Shown here: positions 28,262-37,365 of the stretch, piece after piece
Position numbering within the stretch: position 1 is the stretch's first letter
Layout of the letters: every line of letters starts with the position of its first letter
Source: Saprospiraceae bacterium
GTDB lineage: Bacteria > Bacteroidota > Bacteroidia > Chitinophagales > Saprospiraceae
Assembly (NCBI GenBank): GCA_026985735.1
Contig: JALSPW010000069.1
Span: 1-51,903, forward strand
Length of the DNA stretch: 51,903 nt
Reading direction: 5' to 3'
Program-made: the position numbers and the translations under genes
The notes under the pieces: generated by a model
The model's database searches: none
What the model saw: only the letters and a program-made list of their open reading frames with translations
What the model was told of the DNA's origin: nothing

Positions 28262-29047
28262 CCAACCTCCACCGGCTCCACCACCACTAAATCCTCCGCC
28301 TCCAAATCCGCCAAAACTACTGCCACCACCAAAACTGCTTCCTCCTCCGCCGAAACCACTACCTCCGCCTATAATCCAACCGCCTCCTGAATTGTATCTT
28401 CCATGTCCAGAATATCCTCCTCCGTCATTGCAATCACCTGATTTTTTGCAGCGTATAATTGAAATAACTATTATAGCAAAAATAAAAAGTATAAAAAATA
28501 AAATTAATATGCCTATAATATCAGAACTATCTCCCAAATAATCATCTGCGGTAAATTCACCTGAAGCCAGTGACATAAGTATGCCTGTTGCTTTATCAAT
28601 ACCGGCATAATATTTCTTTTCCCGAAAAGAAGGTTTTATTACATTCTCAATAATTCTTTTTGCAACAGCATCCGGAATGACACCCTCAAGACCACTGCCT
28701 ACTTGAATAAAAACTTTCCTGTCATTAAAAGCGATATAGATTAAAACCCCGTTATCTTTGCCTTTTTTCCCTATACCCCATTTCGAAGCTAACCTATATG
28801 AATAATCAAAAATATCATCACCATCCGTACTATCATCGATAACAACCACAATAGCTGAAGAACTCGTATCATTAAATATTTTTAATTTATGTTCAAGCTC
28901 ATACTTTTGATTTTCATTCAATAAACCTATATAATCAACAACGGCAGTTTGCGGCCTTTGTGGAATATCTTTAGAAACTAATACATTGATTGTAATAATC
29001 AACAAAGATATAATAACTAATAATTTTTTATGAATAAGATATTTCAT
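28259..29047 (-). CDS. TPM-domain (YgcG-like) membrane protein with a Gly-rich C-terminal tail
   Basis: Start taken at ATG 29047 (MKYLIHKKLLVIISLL). TPM/phosphatase-like domain (VVDYIGLL...AIVVVIDD...GVLIYIAFNDRKV), a TM helix, and the tail GGGSGFGGGGSSFGGGSSFGGFGGGG. Confidence 0.75.
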   Translation of the reverse strand: MKYLIHKKLLVIISLLIITINVLVSKDIPQRPQTAVVDYIGLLNENQKYELEHKLKIFNDTSSSAIVVVIDDSTDGDDIFDYSYRLASKWGIGKKGKDNGVLIYIAFNDRKVFIQVGSGLEGVIPDAVAKRIIENVIKPSFREKKYYAGIDKATGILMSLASGEFTADDYLGDSSDIIGILILFFILFIFAIIVISIIRCKKSGDCNDGGGYSGHGRYNSGGGWIIGGGSGFGGGGSSFGGGSSFGGFGGGGFSGGGAGGGW

Positions 29048-29468
29048 CTGATAATTCGTTTTTATCATCTTCCTCATGAGGAAAATATTTCTTTAATTTT
29101 TCTCCCGTTATTTCAATTCCTTTGATTAATCCCTCCGCCCATGATTTATCTTTAAAATGAGTTTCAAGGATAGATTTGACTTCTTCCCAAAAATCATCCG
29201 GGACAACATTATTTATTCCTTCGTCACCAATAATGGCAAATTGTTTTTTTCTTGGTACTATAAAAAACAAAACGCCATTCCTATCTTTTGTCTCATCCAT
29301 TTTCAACCTAAAAAACGTATCGACGGCAGCCTCTATAACCGGTTTTTTTATTTTTTTCTGAAAATGAACCCGTATTTCACCGGATGTTTTTTTCTCGGCA
29401 TTTTTTATACTTTTTAAAATCTTATCACCTTCTTTCTTTTTCAAAAATTTTCGAGGGAAAAAAATCAT
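29028..29468 (-). CDS. TPM-domain protein (cytoplasmic type)
   Basis: The TSGEIRVHF...NGVLFFIVPRKKQFAIIGDEGI pattern is typical of the second TPM gene in LemA operons. Confidence 0.7.
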   Translation of the reverse strand: MIFFPRKFLKKKEGDKILKSIKNAEKKTSGEIRVHFQKKIKKPVIEAAVDTFFRLKMDETKDRNGVLFFIVPRKKQFAIIGDEGINNVVPDDFWEEVKSILETHFKDKSWAEGLIKGIEITGEKLKKYFPHEEDDKNELSDEISYS

Positions 29469-29571
29469 AATTCTTCTTTTATATTAATTTTATTCAAATA
29501 TTTATTGAAGTTACTAATATCAGTCATATAAAATATATAACTCTCAAATATTAAAATATTGAATATTTAAA

Positions 29572-30156
29572 TTAAAATTTAACTTCAGGTGCTTTTTCAG
29601 CGCCTTTATCAGCTTCAAAATAAGGCTTTGATTTGAAACCAAAAACTCCCGCATATAAATTTCCCGGAAATTTCTTAACTGCCTTATTATAGTTTTTCAC
29701 CTCCTCGTTGAATTTATCCCTTGCAACTTTAATACGATTTTCAGTTCCTTCCAACTGGGATTGCAGCTCAAGAAAATTTTGATTTGCTTTAAGATCCGGA
29801 TATCTTTCTACAGTTACCAATAATCTACCCAAAGCCGAAGAAAGTCCTGATTGTGCTTCCTGAAACTTCTTGAATGTTTCCGGAGTTAATTTACTTGCAT
29901 CTACATTTACACTTGTAGCTTTTGCCCTTGCCTTAACTACCTCAGTTAAAGTAGATTTTTCAAAATCGGCATAACCTTTAACGGTATTAACAAGATTTGG
30001 AATAAGATCAGCTCTTCTTTGATATGCGCTTTGAACTTTTGACCAAGCGGTTTGAACATTTTGATCTTTATCAACAAATGAATTATAGGAATTGCATCCT
30101 CCAAAAAATAATACTAAAGCCAGTAAAATAAGAATAATAGCTGTTGAATTTTTCAT
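29572..30156 (-). CDS. LemA family protein
   Basis: N-terminal lipoprotein/TM segment, then YNSFV...VQTAWSKVQSAYQRRADLIPNLV...ERYPDLKANQNF...EGTENRI, the canonical LemA pattern. Confidence 0.85.
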   Translation of the reverse strand: MKNSTAIILILLALVLFFGGCNSYNSFVDKDQNVQTAWSKVQSAYQRRADLIPNLVNTVKGYADFEKSTLTEVVKARAKATSVNVDASKLTPETFKKFQEAQSGLSSALGRLLVTVERYPDLKANQNFLELQSQLEGTENRIKVARDKFNEEVKNYNKAVKKFPGNLYAGVFGFKSKPYFEADKGAEKAPEVKF

Positions 30157-30305
30157 ATTAAAATAATTTTATTAATAAATAGATTTAAACAATTAACATA
30201 TAAATACTTTTATTTAATAGTGTTTATTCACAAAGTCATAAATTAAAAAAAAATTTTTAAATAAACTAACTTCACATAATCAATTATATTAACATAACTG
30301 ATAAA

Positions 30306-30375
30306 TATAAAGTGCTAATATAAGACAAATAAAGATAAAATACCTGAAATTTTTGATAAGTTTTGAGTTATTATA
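30306..30375 (+). repeat. Intergenic repeat element, mosaic copy
   Basis: TATAAAGTGCT + AATATAAGAC + ATTTTTGATAAG + TTTTGAGTTATT. These blocks match blocks of the copies at 13811, 15223 and 40587. Confidence 0.45.
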
Positions 30376-30595
30376 GATAAAATTAATATAATAATAATTT
30401 AATTATTTAAAATGCAGCTAATTTACATATAATCCGGACATAAAGTCATTAACATTTAAAAATAATCTTTTTGTGATATTTTAATTTTACTTTTAAATAA
30501 AGTTCCACAAAATCCTGGTATGTTGCTTAGCTTACCAAGAAAATATAATCATCTAATAATCTTAAAATTATATTTTTAAGTTTCGATAATTAATG

Positions 30596-30603
30596 TATAT
30601 TTG
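30596..30603 (+). promoter_or_regulatory. -7 promoter box TATATTTG
   Basis: Ends 18 nt before the ATG at 30622. Embedded in AATTAATGTATATTTGT, which is shared with two other loci. Confidence 0.5.
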
Positions 30604-30621
30604 TATTTTAACAATATAACT

Positions 30622-31323
30622 ATGCATAGTTTTTTACCTTTGTTAACGGGATTTTTCGGCGCATTGGCGCATGTTTTATCAGGACCGGATCATTTGGCAG
30701 CCGTCACTCCTTTTGCTATTGAAGAAAAACAAAAAGCCTGGAAAATAGGTATGTTTTGGGGGTTAGGACACATTAGCGGTATGTTATTAATAGGATTATT
30801 ATTTGCTATTTTCAAAAACTACATACCTGTCAATAAAGTATCTGGATATAGTGAATTTTTTGTAGGTATTATTCTTATTGGAATTGGTATATGGGCAATA
30901 ATGAAAGCTACTAACTCAAAACTTTCAACTAAAATATTTCATTTACATTTTAATGATAAAGTATATACACATTATCATAAAGGGGATTTGCACACTCATA
31001 AAGAGGACATAATAAGTTCAAAGAAGAAAGTTTTAAAAAACAATGCTTCTGCATATTACGTAGGAACCATACATGGATTTGCCGGAATTGCTCATTTTTT
31101 GCTATTCTTACCTGTTTTAGGATTTACTTCTTACTTGGAAATTGCAAATTATCTTATTGGATTTGCTATTGGCACTATTGTAGCCATGACAATATATGCT
31201 TTTCTTTTAGGCAAAATTTCTCATTTTTTCCATTCCTCCAATAAATCGACTTTTAAAAACCTCAGAATTTTCAGTGGTATTCTAGCGATAATCGTTGGTA
31301 TTTATTGGATGGTAGCCAATTAG
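30622..31323 (+). CDS. Integral membrane protein, HupE/UreJ- or NicO-like putative metal (Ni/Co) transporter
   Basis: Start at ATG 30622 (MHSFLPLL). The HVLSGPDHLAA motif in TM1, about 6 TM helices and a central His-rich loop HLHFNDKVYTHYHKGDLHTHKED. The family call is tentative. Confidence 0.4.
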   Translation: MHSFLPLLTGFFGALAHVLSGPDHLAAVTPFAIEEKQKAWKIGMFWGLGHISGMLLIGLLFAIFKNYIPVNKVSGYSEFFVGIILIGIGIWAIMKATNSKLSTKIFHLHFNDKVYTHYHKGDLHTHKEDIISSKKKVLKNNASAYYVGTIHGFAGIAHFLLFLPVLGFTSYLEIANYLIGFAIGTIVAMTIYAFLLGKISHFFHSSNKSTFKNLRIFSGILAIIVGIYWMVAN

Positions 31324-31470
31324 TATTTGTAATAAATTCATTAAAGTTTAAAATTTATTAAAACTAAATAGTTTTTACTACCTAAAATTAATAATTTCTT
31401 TGTATTTTTGCAGGCTTTACAACAAAAAACGAAATTTTTTGTTATTATATTTTTATTTAAATAGTATATT

Positions 31471-32187
31471 ATGTTTGAAAAAGATGGAATCCCGAAAGGA
31501 AAAAGACAATGGAAAACTATAAAAGGTGAAAATTCATGGACAATGTTTAAAGTTCTTTCCGAATTTGTTGATGGATTTGAAACAATGAACATGGTACGTC
31601 CAAGTATTACTATTTTCGGTTCGGCAAGAACTAAGGTCGGTCACAAATATTATGAATTAGGAAAATTAATAGCAAATAGATTGGTTGAAGAAGGATTCGG
31701 AATAATAACAGGAGGTGGACCAGGCATAATGGAAGCGGCTAATAAAGGTGCATTTGAAAAAGGAGGAGCTTCCATAGGTTTAAATATAGATCTTCCGTTT
31801 GAGCAGGAGGCAAATAAATATATTGACAATGACAAACTTATCGATTTTAAATACTTTTTTGTAAGAAAAGTAATGTTTGTCAAGTATTCTCAAGCATTTG
31901 TTGTAATGCCTGGAGGATTTGGTACCTTGGATGAATTGTTTGAGACTCTGACTTTAATACAAACAAAAAAGATATCCAGAGTTCCTGTTATTCTTGTAGG
32001 CTCTGATTTTTGGAATGGATTAAAAGAATGGATTAAGAACACAATGTTGGGCAAAGAGAAAAATATAAGCGCTTCGGATCTGGATCTAATGCCGATTATT
32101 GATGATCCTGAAGAGGTAGTAAATTATATTTCAGACTTTTATTCAGGTGAAGGAGAGAAAAAACTCAAACCAAACTACGAATTATAG
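31471..32187 (+). CDS. LOG family / TIGR00730 Rossmann-fold nucleotide-binding protein
   Basis: GGGPGIMEAANKGA and PGGFGTLDELFE signature motifs. Confidence 0.85.
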   Translation: MFEKDGIPKGKRQWKTIKGENSWTMFKVLSEFVDGFETMNMVRPSITIFGSARTKVGHKYYELGKLIANRLVEEGFGIITGGGPGIMEAANKGAFEKGGASIGLNIDLPFEQEANKYIDNDKLIDFKYFFVRKVMFVKYSQAFVVMPGGFGTLDELFETLTLIQTKKISRVPVILVGSDFWNGLKEWIKNTMLGKEKNISASDLDLMPIIDDPEEVVNYISDFYSGEGEKKLKPNYEL

Positions 32188-33162
32188 CTTGTTTCCAATT
32201 TTTAATGTATATTTTCCACATTGCTCTTTAGCTACCGAATAATCTTCTTCCCATATAAATCTACCGACGTAATCTATGGCCTTTTTGATTATTTGTTTAT
32301 CTCTTATGGTTGTTCCTCTTCTTAAAACGTCAACATAGGTGGATCTGCCTTTTCTGTCTATACATATTTTAAAAGTTATTTTTCCACTTCTATCCAAATC
32401 CAACTCATTTCTGTTCGGCCTTGAGACCGGTTGTCTACCGAATATCCCTTTACCTGATCCATCAAATGCCCCAACTCCGACGCCACCTGTACCTATTCCG
32501 GAAGTGCTGTCATTACCGGATTTATCCCTGCCAGCACCTTTCCCTTTTTTACCTTGTCCAGTACCTGAACCGTTTTTATTTGAAGGTGAAGAAGAATTAT
32601 TCCCTTTATCGGAAACCGGACTATTGCTAGCGGCAGGAACCCGGGAAGGAACATCCTCTACCTCTTCAGGAGAATCCGATTCATTCTGAGTTGTTTTTAC
32701 TTGCTCTTTGGTTTTAGTTTCCACTTTTTGTTTAGGTACTTCATTTACTTTTTCAGGTACTTCTTCGACAGCTTCAATATCAGATTCATCTTCAAAGATA
32801 TCCGATTCTGCAGGAGCAACCGGTATCTGGGGAGTAGGCATTTGCACTTTGGGTTGTGGAACAGACTTTTCCTGATTTTTATTAGGAATCTCTTCCATCG
32901 GTGCCGTACGAACTCTATCCACTGTTTCATTTAGCGGTCTTTGTTTTCCTTCTGCCGCCTGACCTTTAAAACTGTTGGATTGTCCACTTTGGTCAAAAGT
33001 TATTGCAACTGCATATTGTTTATCAATATTCTGAGTAGGATCATCTTTCAATATCGGATATAGAGCTATAAGCAATATCAGAATATGAATTGTAACTGAA
33101 ATCCATAGACTTTTTTTCTTATTTTCCTCTTCATTATATAGTGTTGCAACAAAGGTATTCAT
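32182..33162 (-). CDS. TonB-like energy transducer with a low-complexity Pro/Glu/Ser linker
   Basis: A single N-terminal TM helix (LWISVTIHILILLIALYPIL), a long PEVQ-rich linker and a compact C-terminal domain. The TonB_C assignment is by architecture only. Confidence 0.45.
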   Translation of the reverse strand: MNTFVATLYNEEENKKKSLWISVTIHILILLIALYPILKDDPTQNIDKQYAVAITFDQSGQSNSFKGQAAEGKQRPLNETVDRVRTAPMEEIPNKNQEKSVPQPKVQMPTPQIPVAPAESDIFEDESDIEAVEEVPEKVNEVPKQKVETKTKEQVKTTQNESDSPEEVEDVPSRVPAASNSPVSDKGNNSSSPSNKNGSGTGQGKKGKGAGRDKSGNDSTSGIGTGGVGVGAFDGSGKGIFGRQPVSRPNRNELDLDRSGKITFKICIDRKGRSTYVDVLRRGTTIRDKQIIKKAIDYVGRFIWEEDYSVAKEQCGKYTLKIGNKL

Positions 33163-33339
33163 TTGTATAATTTATATCTAAAACAAAAATTTATTCAAAA
33201 TTATTAAATAAATTTATACTTTTTACATTAATTCTTGCTTTTTTAACATATATTTAATGAAATTTATTGTAATTTTAATAAAATTTGGCATAATTTTGGA
33301 CTTATTAAAATGAATATTATTATCATTAATAAAGGTATC

Positions 33340-35604
33340 ATGAAAACATTTCTTTCAACATTTCTTTTCTTATTATTTTTAAATTTAATTATTGGACAGG
33401 ATTCGGACAGATATTATTGCCCCATCAAAATAGAGGACAATATACTTACAAACCCATATACCGGTGGAATGAATTCACCTCAGTTCAACGATATGGATAT
33501 AAATTTGGATGGGCATAAAGATTTAGTAGTTTTTGACAGAGTTGGCAACAAATTGATGTGCTTTTTAAGTGATGGAAATACTCCGCCGAAATATATTTTT
33601 GCTCCAAAATACAATAACATTTTTCCTGAAATAGAAAATTGGATGCTCTTAATAGATTATAATCATGATGGAATCGAAGATCTCTTCACATCAAAGAATA
33701 ATGGCATATTGGTATATAAAGGGCAAATAAAAAATAACAATATCTATTTTAAAGAACTGCCAAACCCATATTTTGACCAAAATATATTATCGGCGAAATA
33801 TGAAAACGGGTTTACTTTCAGGTTGGTTTGCAACGATAGTGATATTCCGGCAATTGCGGATATTGATTTTGATGGAGATTTGGATGTATTAAGTTTTACG
33901 GATGGAAGTAGCATGAGTTTATTTAAAAATGTGTGTAATGAAAATAATATTTCTCTCGACAGCTTTAAGATGATTCAAACAACAAGATGTTGGGGCAGAT
34001 TTGCAGAAAACCCTTTTTCAGAAGAAATACTTTTAAGTGATGATCCTTACAGATGTGCTACGTGGGACGGTTTATCAAACAGGCATTCCGGATCAACAAC
34101 ACTGGCGTTCGATTATGATCACGATCAGGATTTTGACTTATTATTGGGTGATGTAGGATACAATTCATTGATTTTTTTGGAAAATAATGGAGATAAAACA
34201 AATGCATGGTGTACCAAAAAAGAAAGGGACTTTCCACAATACGACACTCCGGTCGATATGAATGTTTTTTTATCAGCGTTTTATTTAGATGTTGATCATG
34301 ATGGCGAAAAAGATTTAATAATTGCTCCCAATACGGAATACGATGAATTGGATCCTCCCCAAAATGTAGAAAATGTTCATTTTTATAAAGGAATGGAAGA
34401 AAATAACAAAATCAAATTCAAATTTATTAAAAATAACTTTTTATCGGATGAAATGCTTGATTTCGGTATAAATTCGGTTCCTGTGTTTACGGATGTAAAC
34501 GGTGATAGTTTATTGGATATTATTGTGGGAACAGGACCTGCTGTCGGAGATAAAAACATCATTGCCTCTAAACTTTTATATTTTGAAAATACAGGTTCCC
34601 AAACAAATCCATCATTTAGCTTGGAAGATGATGATTATTTGAATTTATCAAAATTAAGCAATGATTTTAGTATTAATTATTTTGCTCCTGCATTTGGGGA
34701 CTTGGACGGGGATGGAGATAATGACTTATTAGTTGGCAATAATAATGGCACTTTGATTTATTTTAAAAATATAGCGGGAAAAAATAATAAATATAAATTT
34801 GAAGAGCCTGTTATCGAGTACAAGGGTATAGATATTTTCAGTTATTCATCACCGTTGATATATGATATTAATAAAGATGGACTTGGAGATATACTCATAG
34901 GATGTGGTAATGATTATCATACTCCTTTACAATATTACGGTAGTATTGTTTATTATCAAAACACAGGCGAAAAAGACAATCCCGATTTCATTAATGATCC
35001 GTTTACTGCTCCCAACACACCATTTTTCGGAAAAATTATTCTAAGTAATTTTTCCACAAGTATTTCAAATGCTCATTTATCCGTATATAGAGATGATGAC
35101 GACGAGTTGTTATTTGCGGGATATAAAGCGGGGAATATAAATTTTTACAAAAATTTTTCACAACATATACATGATAACCTAACACCTGAAATTAGAGAGT
35201 ATAATGATATTGATGTTGGCAAAAATTCCGCTCCTGCTGTTGCAGATATAGACGGAGATGGTTATTTGGAAATGTTAATAGGTTCAAAAACCGGAGGATT
35301 GGAATTTTGGAACACAAACATTAAAGTAAAAGACGCTTTAAATACAGAAGATTCAAATTACAATGAAAAAATAAGTATTTATCCTATCCCGTTTAAAGAT
35401 GAGATAACAATTGACATAAACTACAATTTTGGAAAAAACATCTCATATTCTATCTATGATACGGTAGGAGCAATGTTAATACATAAAAAATTATACAAAG
35501 GTGATAATAAAATCAGGTTAAATAAGTTAAAAAACGGAGTTTACTTTATTAAAGTTTCTTCGGATACTAATTATAAAACATTTAAAATTATTAAATCAAA
35601 TTAA
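33340..35604 (+). CDS. FG-GAP/VCBS repeat protein with a T9SS C-terminal sorting domain
   Basis: The ATG at 33340 gives the signal peptide MKTFLSTFLFLLFLNL. Repeated Ca-binding-like loops (DINLDGHKDLVVF, DFDGDLDVLSF, GDLDGDGDNDLLVG, DIDGDGYLEMLIG). The C-terminus is ISIYPIPFKDEITIDI...GVYFIKV. Confidence 0.8.
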   Translation: MKTFLSTFLFLLFLNLIIGQDSDRYYCPIKIEDNILTNPYTGGMNSPQFNDMDINLDGHKDLVVFDRVGNKLMCFLSDGNTPPKYIFAPKYNNIFPEIENWMLLIDYNHDGIEDLFTSKNNGILVYKGQIKNNNIYFKELPNPYFDQNILSAKYENGFTFRLVCNDSDIPAIADIDFDGDLDVLSFTDGSSMSLFKNVCNENNISLDSFKMIQTTRCWGRFAENPFSEEILLSDDPYRCATWDGLSNRHSGSTTLAFDYDHDQDFDLLLGDVGYNSLIFLENNGDKTNAWCTKKERDFPQYDTPVDMNVFLSAFYLDVDHDGEKDLIIAPNTEYDELDPPQNVENVHFYKGMEENNKIKFKFIKNNFLSDEMLDFGINSVPVFTDVNGDSLLDIIVGTGPAVGDKNIIASKLLYFENTGSQTNPSFSLEDDDYLNLSKLSNDFSINYFAPAFGDLDGDGDNDLLVGNNNGTLIYFKNIAGKNNKYKFEEPVIEYKGIDIFSYSSPLIYDINKDGLGDILIGCGNDYHTPLQYYGSIVYYQNTGEKDNPDFINDPFTAPNTPFFGKIILSNFSTSISNAHLSVYRDDDDELLFAGYKAGNINFYKNFSQHIHDNLTPEIREYNDIDVGKNSAPAVADIDGDGYLEMLIGSKTGGLEFWNTNIKVKDALNTEDSNYNEKISIYPIPFKDEITIDINYNFGKNISYSIYDTVGAMLIHKKLYKGDNKIRLNKLKNGVYFIKVSSDTNYKTFKIIKSN

Positions 35605-35681
35605 ATTGTAACCATTTAGGTGAAATTATTTTACAAAAAACACTCCACCTAAACAGTTACATTAACTTAAAAAACTTAAAA

Positions 35682-36377
35682 ATGAAAAAAACTATTTTAA
35701 TCTTACTGGTATTTATAACGGTATTTATTGATAAATCTTTTGCACAGGATAATGGATTTGTTAAATATGAAATCACTGATTTCAAATTAGACAATCCGGA
35801 TGATCCTCAAATGAAAATGGCAGAGCAAATGCTTAAAGGCACAATCACAAAATTATATTTTGAGAAAGAAAGAGCATTAACAAAAATAATTACCATGAAT
35901 GGAATGAACATAACAAAAATCATTACGGATAAAGATGGTAATAACGAAATGTATATGGATATGATGGGACAAAAAATCATGGTCAAATTACCTAAAGACA
36001 AAATCGAGCAACTAAAAAAAGAAAAAAACACAAAAGAACCGGAGTATGTACATCATAAAGATAAAACAAAAGATATCTTAGGATATAAAGCACATTTTGT
36101 TGAAGTAAAATCTTCAGATGACCAAAATACTTCAATGTCAATGTGGATAACTGAAAAAATTAAAACCAATGGAGTTGTTTCTCAAGGTATGGACAATTCT
36201 AAGATTGGAGGATTCCCTTTGGAATATACGATAACAATACCCGGACAATTTTCCATGACTACAACGGCAACAGAATTCAAAAACGATTTTGATAAATCTG
36301 TTTTTGGTTTTGATAAAGCGGGATATAATGAAATGAGTATGGAAGAATTAATGAATATGGGTGGAGGTGGATTTTAA
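35682..36377 (+). CDS. Secreted hypothetical protein
   Basis: Signal peptide MKKTILILLVFITVFIDKSFAQ. Met/Lys-rich, with no motif I can name confidently. Confidence 0.5.
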   Translation: MKKTILILLVFITVFIDKSFAQDNGFVKYEITDFKLDNPDDPQMKMAEQMLKGTITKLYFEKERALTKIITMNGMNITKIITDKDGNNEMYMDMMGQKIMVKLPKDKIEQLKKEKNTKEPEYVHHKDKTKDILGYKAHFVEVKSSDDQNTSMSMWITEKIKTNGVVSQGMDNSKIGGFPLEYTITIPGQFSMTTTATEFKNDFDKSVFGFDKAGYNEMSMEELMNMGGGGF

Positions 36378-37354
36378 ATAAAAGATCTTAAAAAATCCAA
36401 ATCCTCAAAAGAATGATTTGCATTGATAACGATCCTCTCAGTGAGAGGGTCGTTTTTTGTAGGATATCTAAAAGCAGAAATAATTATTCCTTTAGAATAT
36501 AAAAATTCGTATAAAGATTTTCCCTTATTTATAAAAATAGGAAAATCAGGAATATAAACCAAGCTATTGTCAGGTCTCAGCTTTTCACTAAAGTAAATGA
36601 TATTTTGTTTTAGTTTTTCTATTTGTTGTGCAACAATTGATTCTCCATTTATCAAAGCATAAAAATAAAATGCCGGTGGTGGAGATGCCCCACCCCACGA
36701 TGATTCTTTTTTAATGCTATCAATTATAAACTTATCGCCGGCAATAATTCCACCTTGGAGGGAGAAAGCTTTAGCCAAAGAAGATAAGATAATGTATTTC
36801 AATCCGTTTTTATGTAACAATCCGGATATTCCCCAATTTTCATCGCCATTTATTCCGATACCATGAGAATCATCCAAAACAAAAAGTGTATTTTTCTTAT
36901 TTTTAAATTTTAAAATATCATTTACATCAATTGTTTTAAGAGTAACCGGATTTATAGTATTTAATAAAACGGCATTTCTCATATTTTGTTCAGTGGAATT
37001 AATAGCAGGCAATACTTCGGAAAGTTCGTTAAATTCATTAAAGGAAATAAAATTATCTCTCAATGCGGGATGAAGATCACTTGAAATAAAAACATTAAAA
37101 TCATTTTTTTTTAAGAACCTTGACAATAAAATACCACCAAGAGTGCCTGAAGAAGTCAGTAATGAATCCCGGCAATATAATTTTTCAGCAAAAAAACTTT
37201 CTGCTATACGATAAATATCAGGAACAGCATTATTCAATCTGGAACCACCGAAATTAATACCGTACTTTTCAATACCTTTATGTATTAAATCGATAAAATC
37301 CAAATTATGAGAAAGCCCCAGGTATGCCGTACCGGTAAAATCAATATATTTCAA
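36374..37354 (-). CDS. Short PLP-dependent class I/II aminotransferase-fold enzyme (alpha-oxoamine synthase/BioF-like)
   Basis: Matches BioF/KBL landmarks: YLGLSHN, VLDDSHGIG, and a candidate Schiff-base Lys in SLAKAF. At 326 aa it is shorter than BioF (384 aa in E. coli). Confidence 0.55.
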   Translation of the reverse strand: MKYIDFTGTAYLGLSHNLDFIDLIHKGIEKYGINFGGSRLNNAVPDIYRIAESFFAEKLYCRDSLLTSSGTLGGILLSRFLKKNDFNVFISSDLHPALRDNFISFNEFNELSEVLPAINSTEQNMRNAVLLNTINPVTLKTIDVNDILKFKNKKNTLFVLDDSHGIGINGDENWGISGLLHKNGLKYIILSSLAKAFSLQGGIIAGDKFIIDSIKKESSWGGASPPPAFYFYALINGESIVAQQIEKLKQNIIYFSEKLRPDNSLVYIPDFPIFINKGKSLYEFLYSKGIIISAFRYPTKNDPLTERIVINANHSFEDLDFLRSFI

Positions 37355-37365
37355 ATCTGAAAAAA

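Noticed and set aside
28262-28400. A GC-rich island in an AT-rich genome could be a foreign insertion.
   Set aside because: It is the in-frame coding sequence for the Gly/Ser-rich tail of the YgcG-like TPM protein. Gly codons (GGN) explain the composition.
31341-31592. An 83-aa minus-strand ORF upstream of and overlapping the LOG gene, and a similar 62-aa ORF at 1189-1377.
   Set aside because: Both overlap better-supported genes or terminator/promoter regions and have no recognisable motifs. They are likely spurious.
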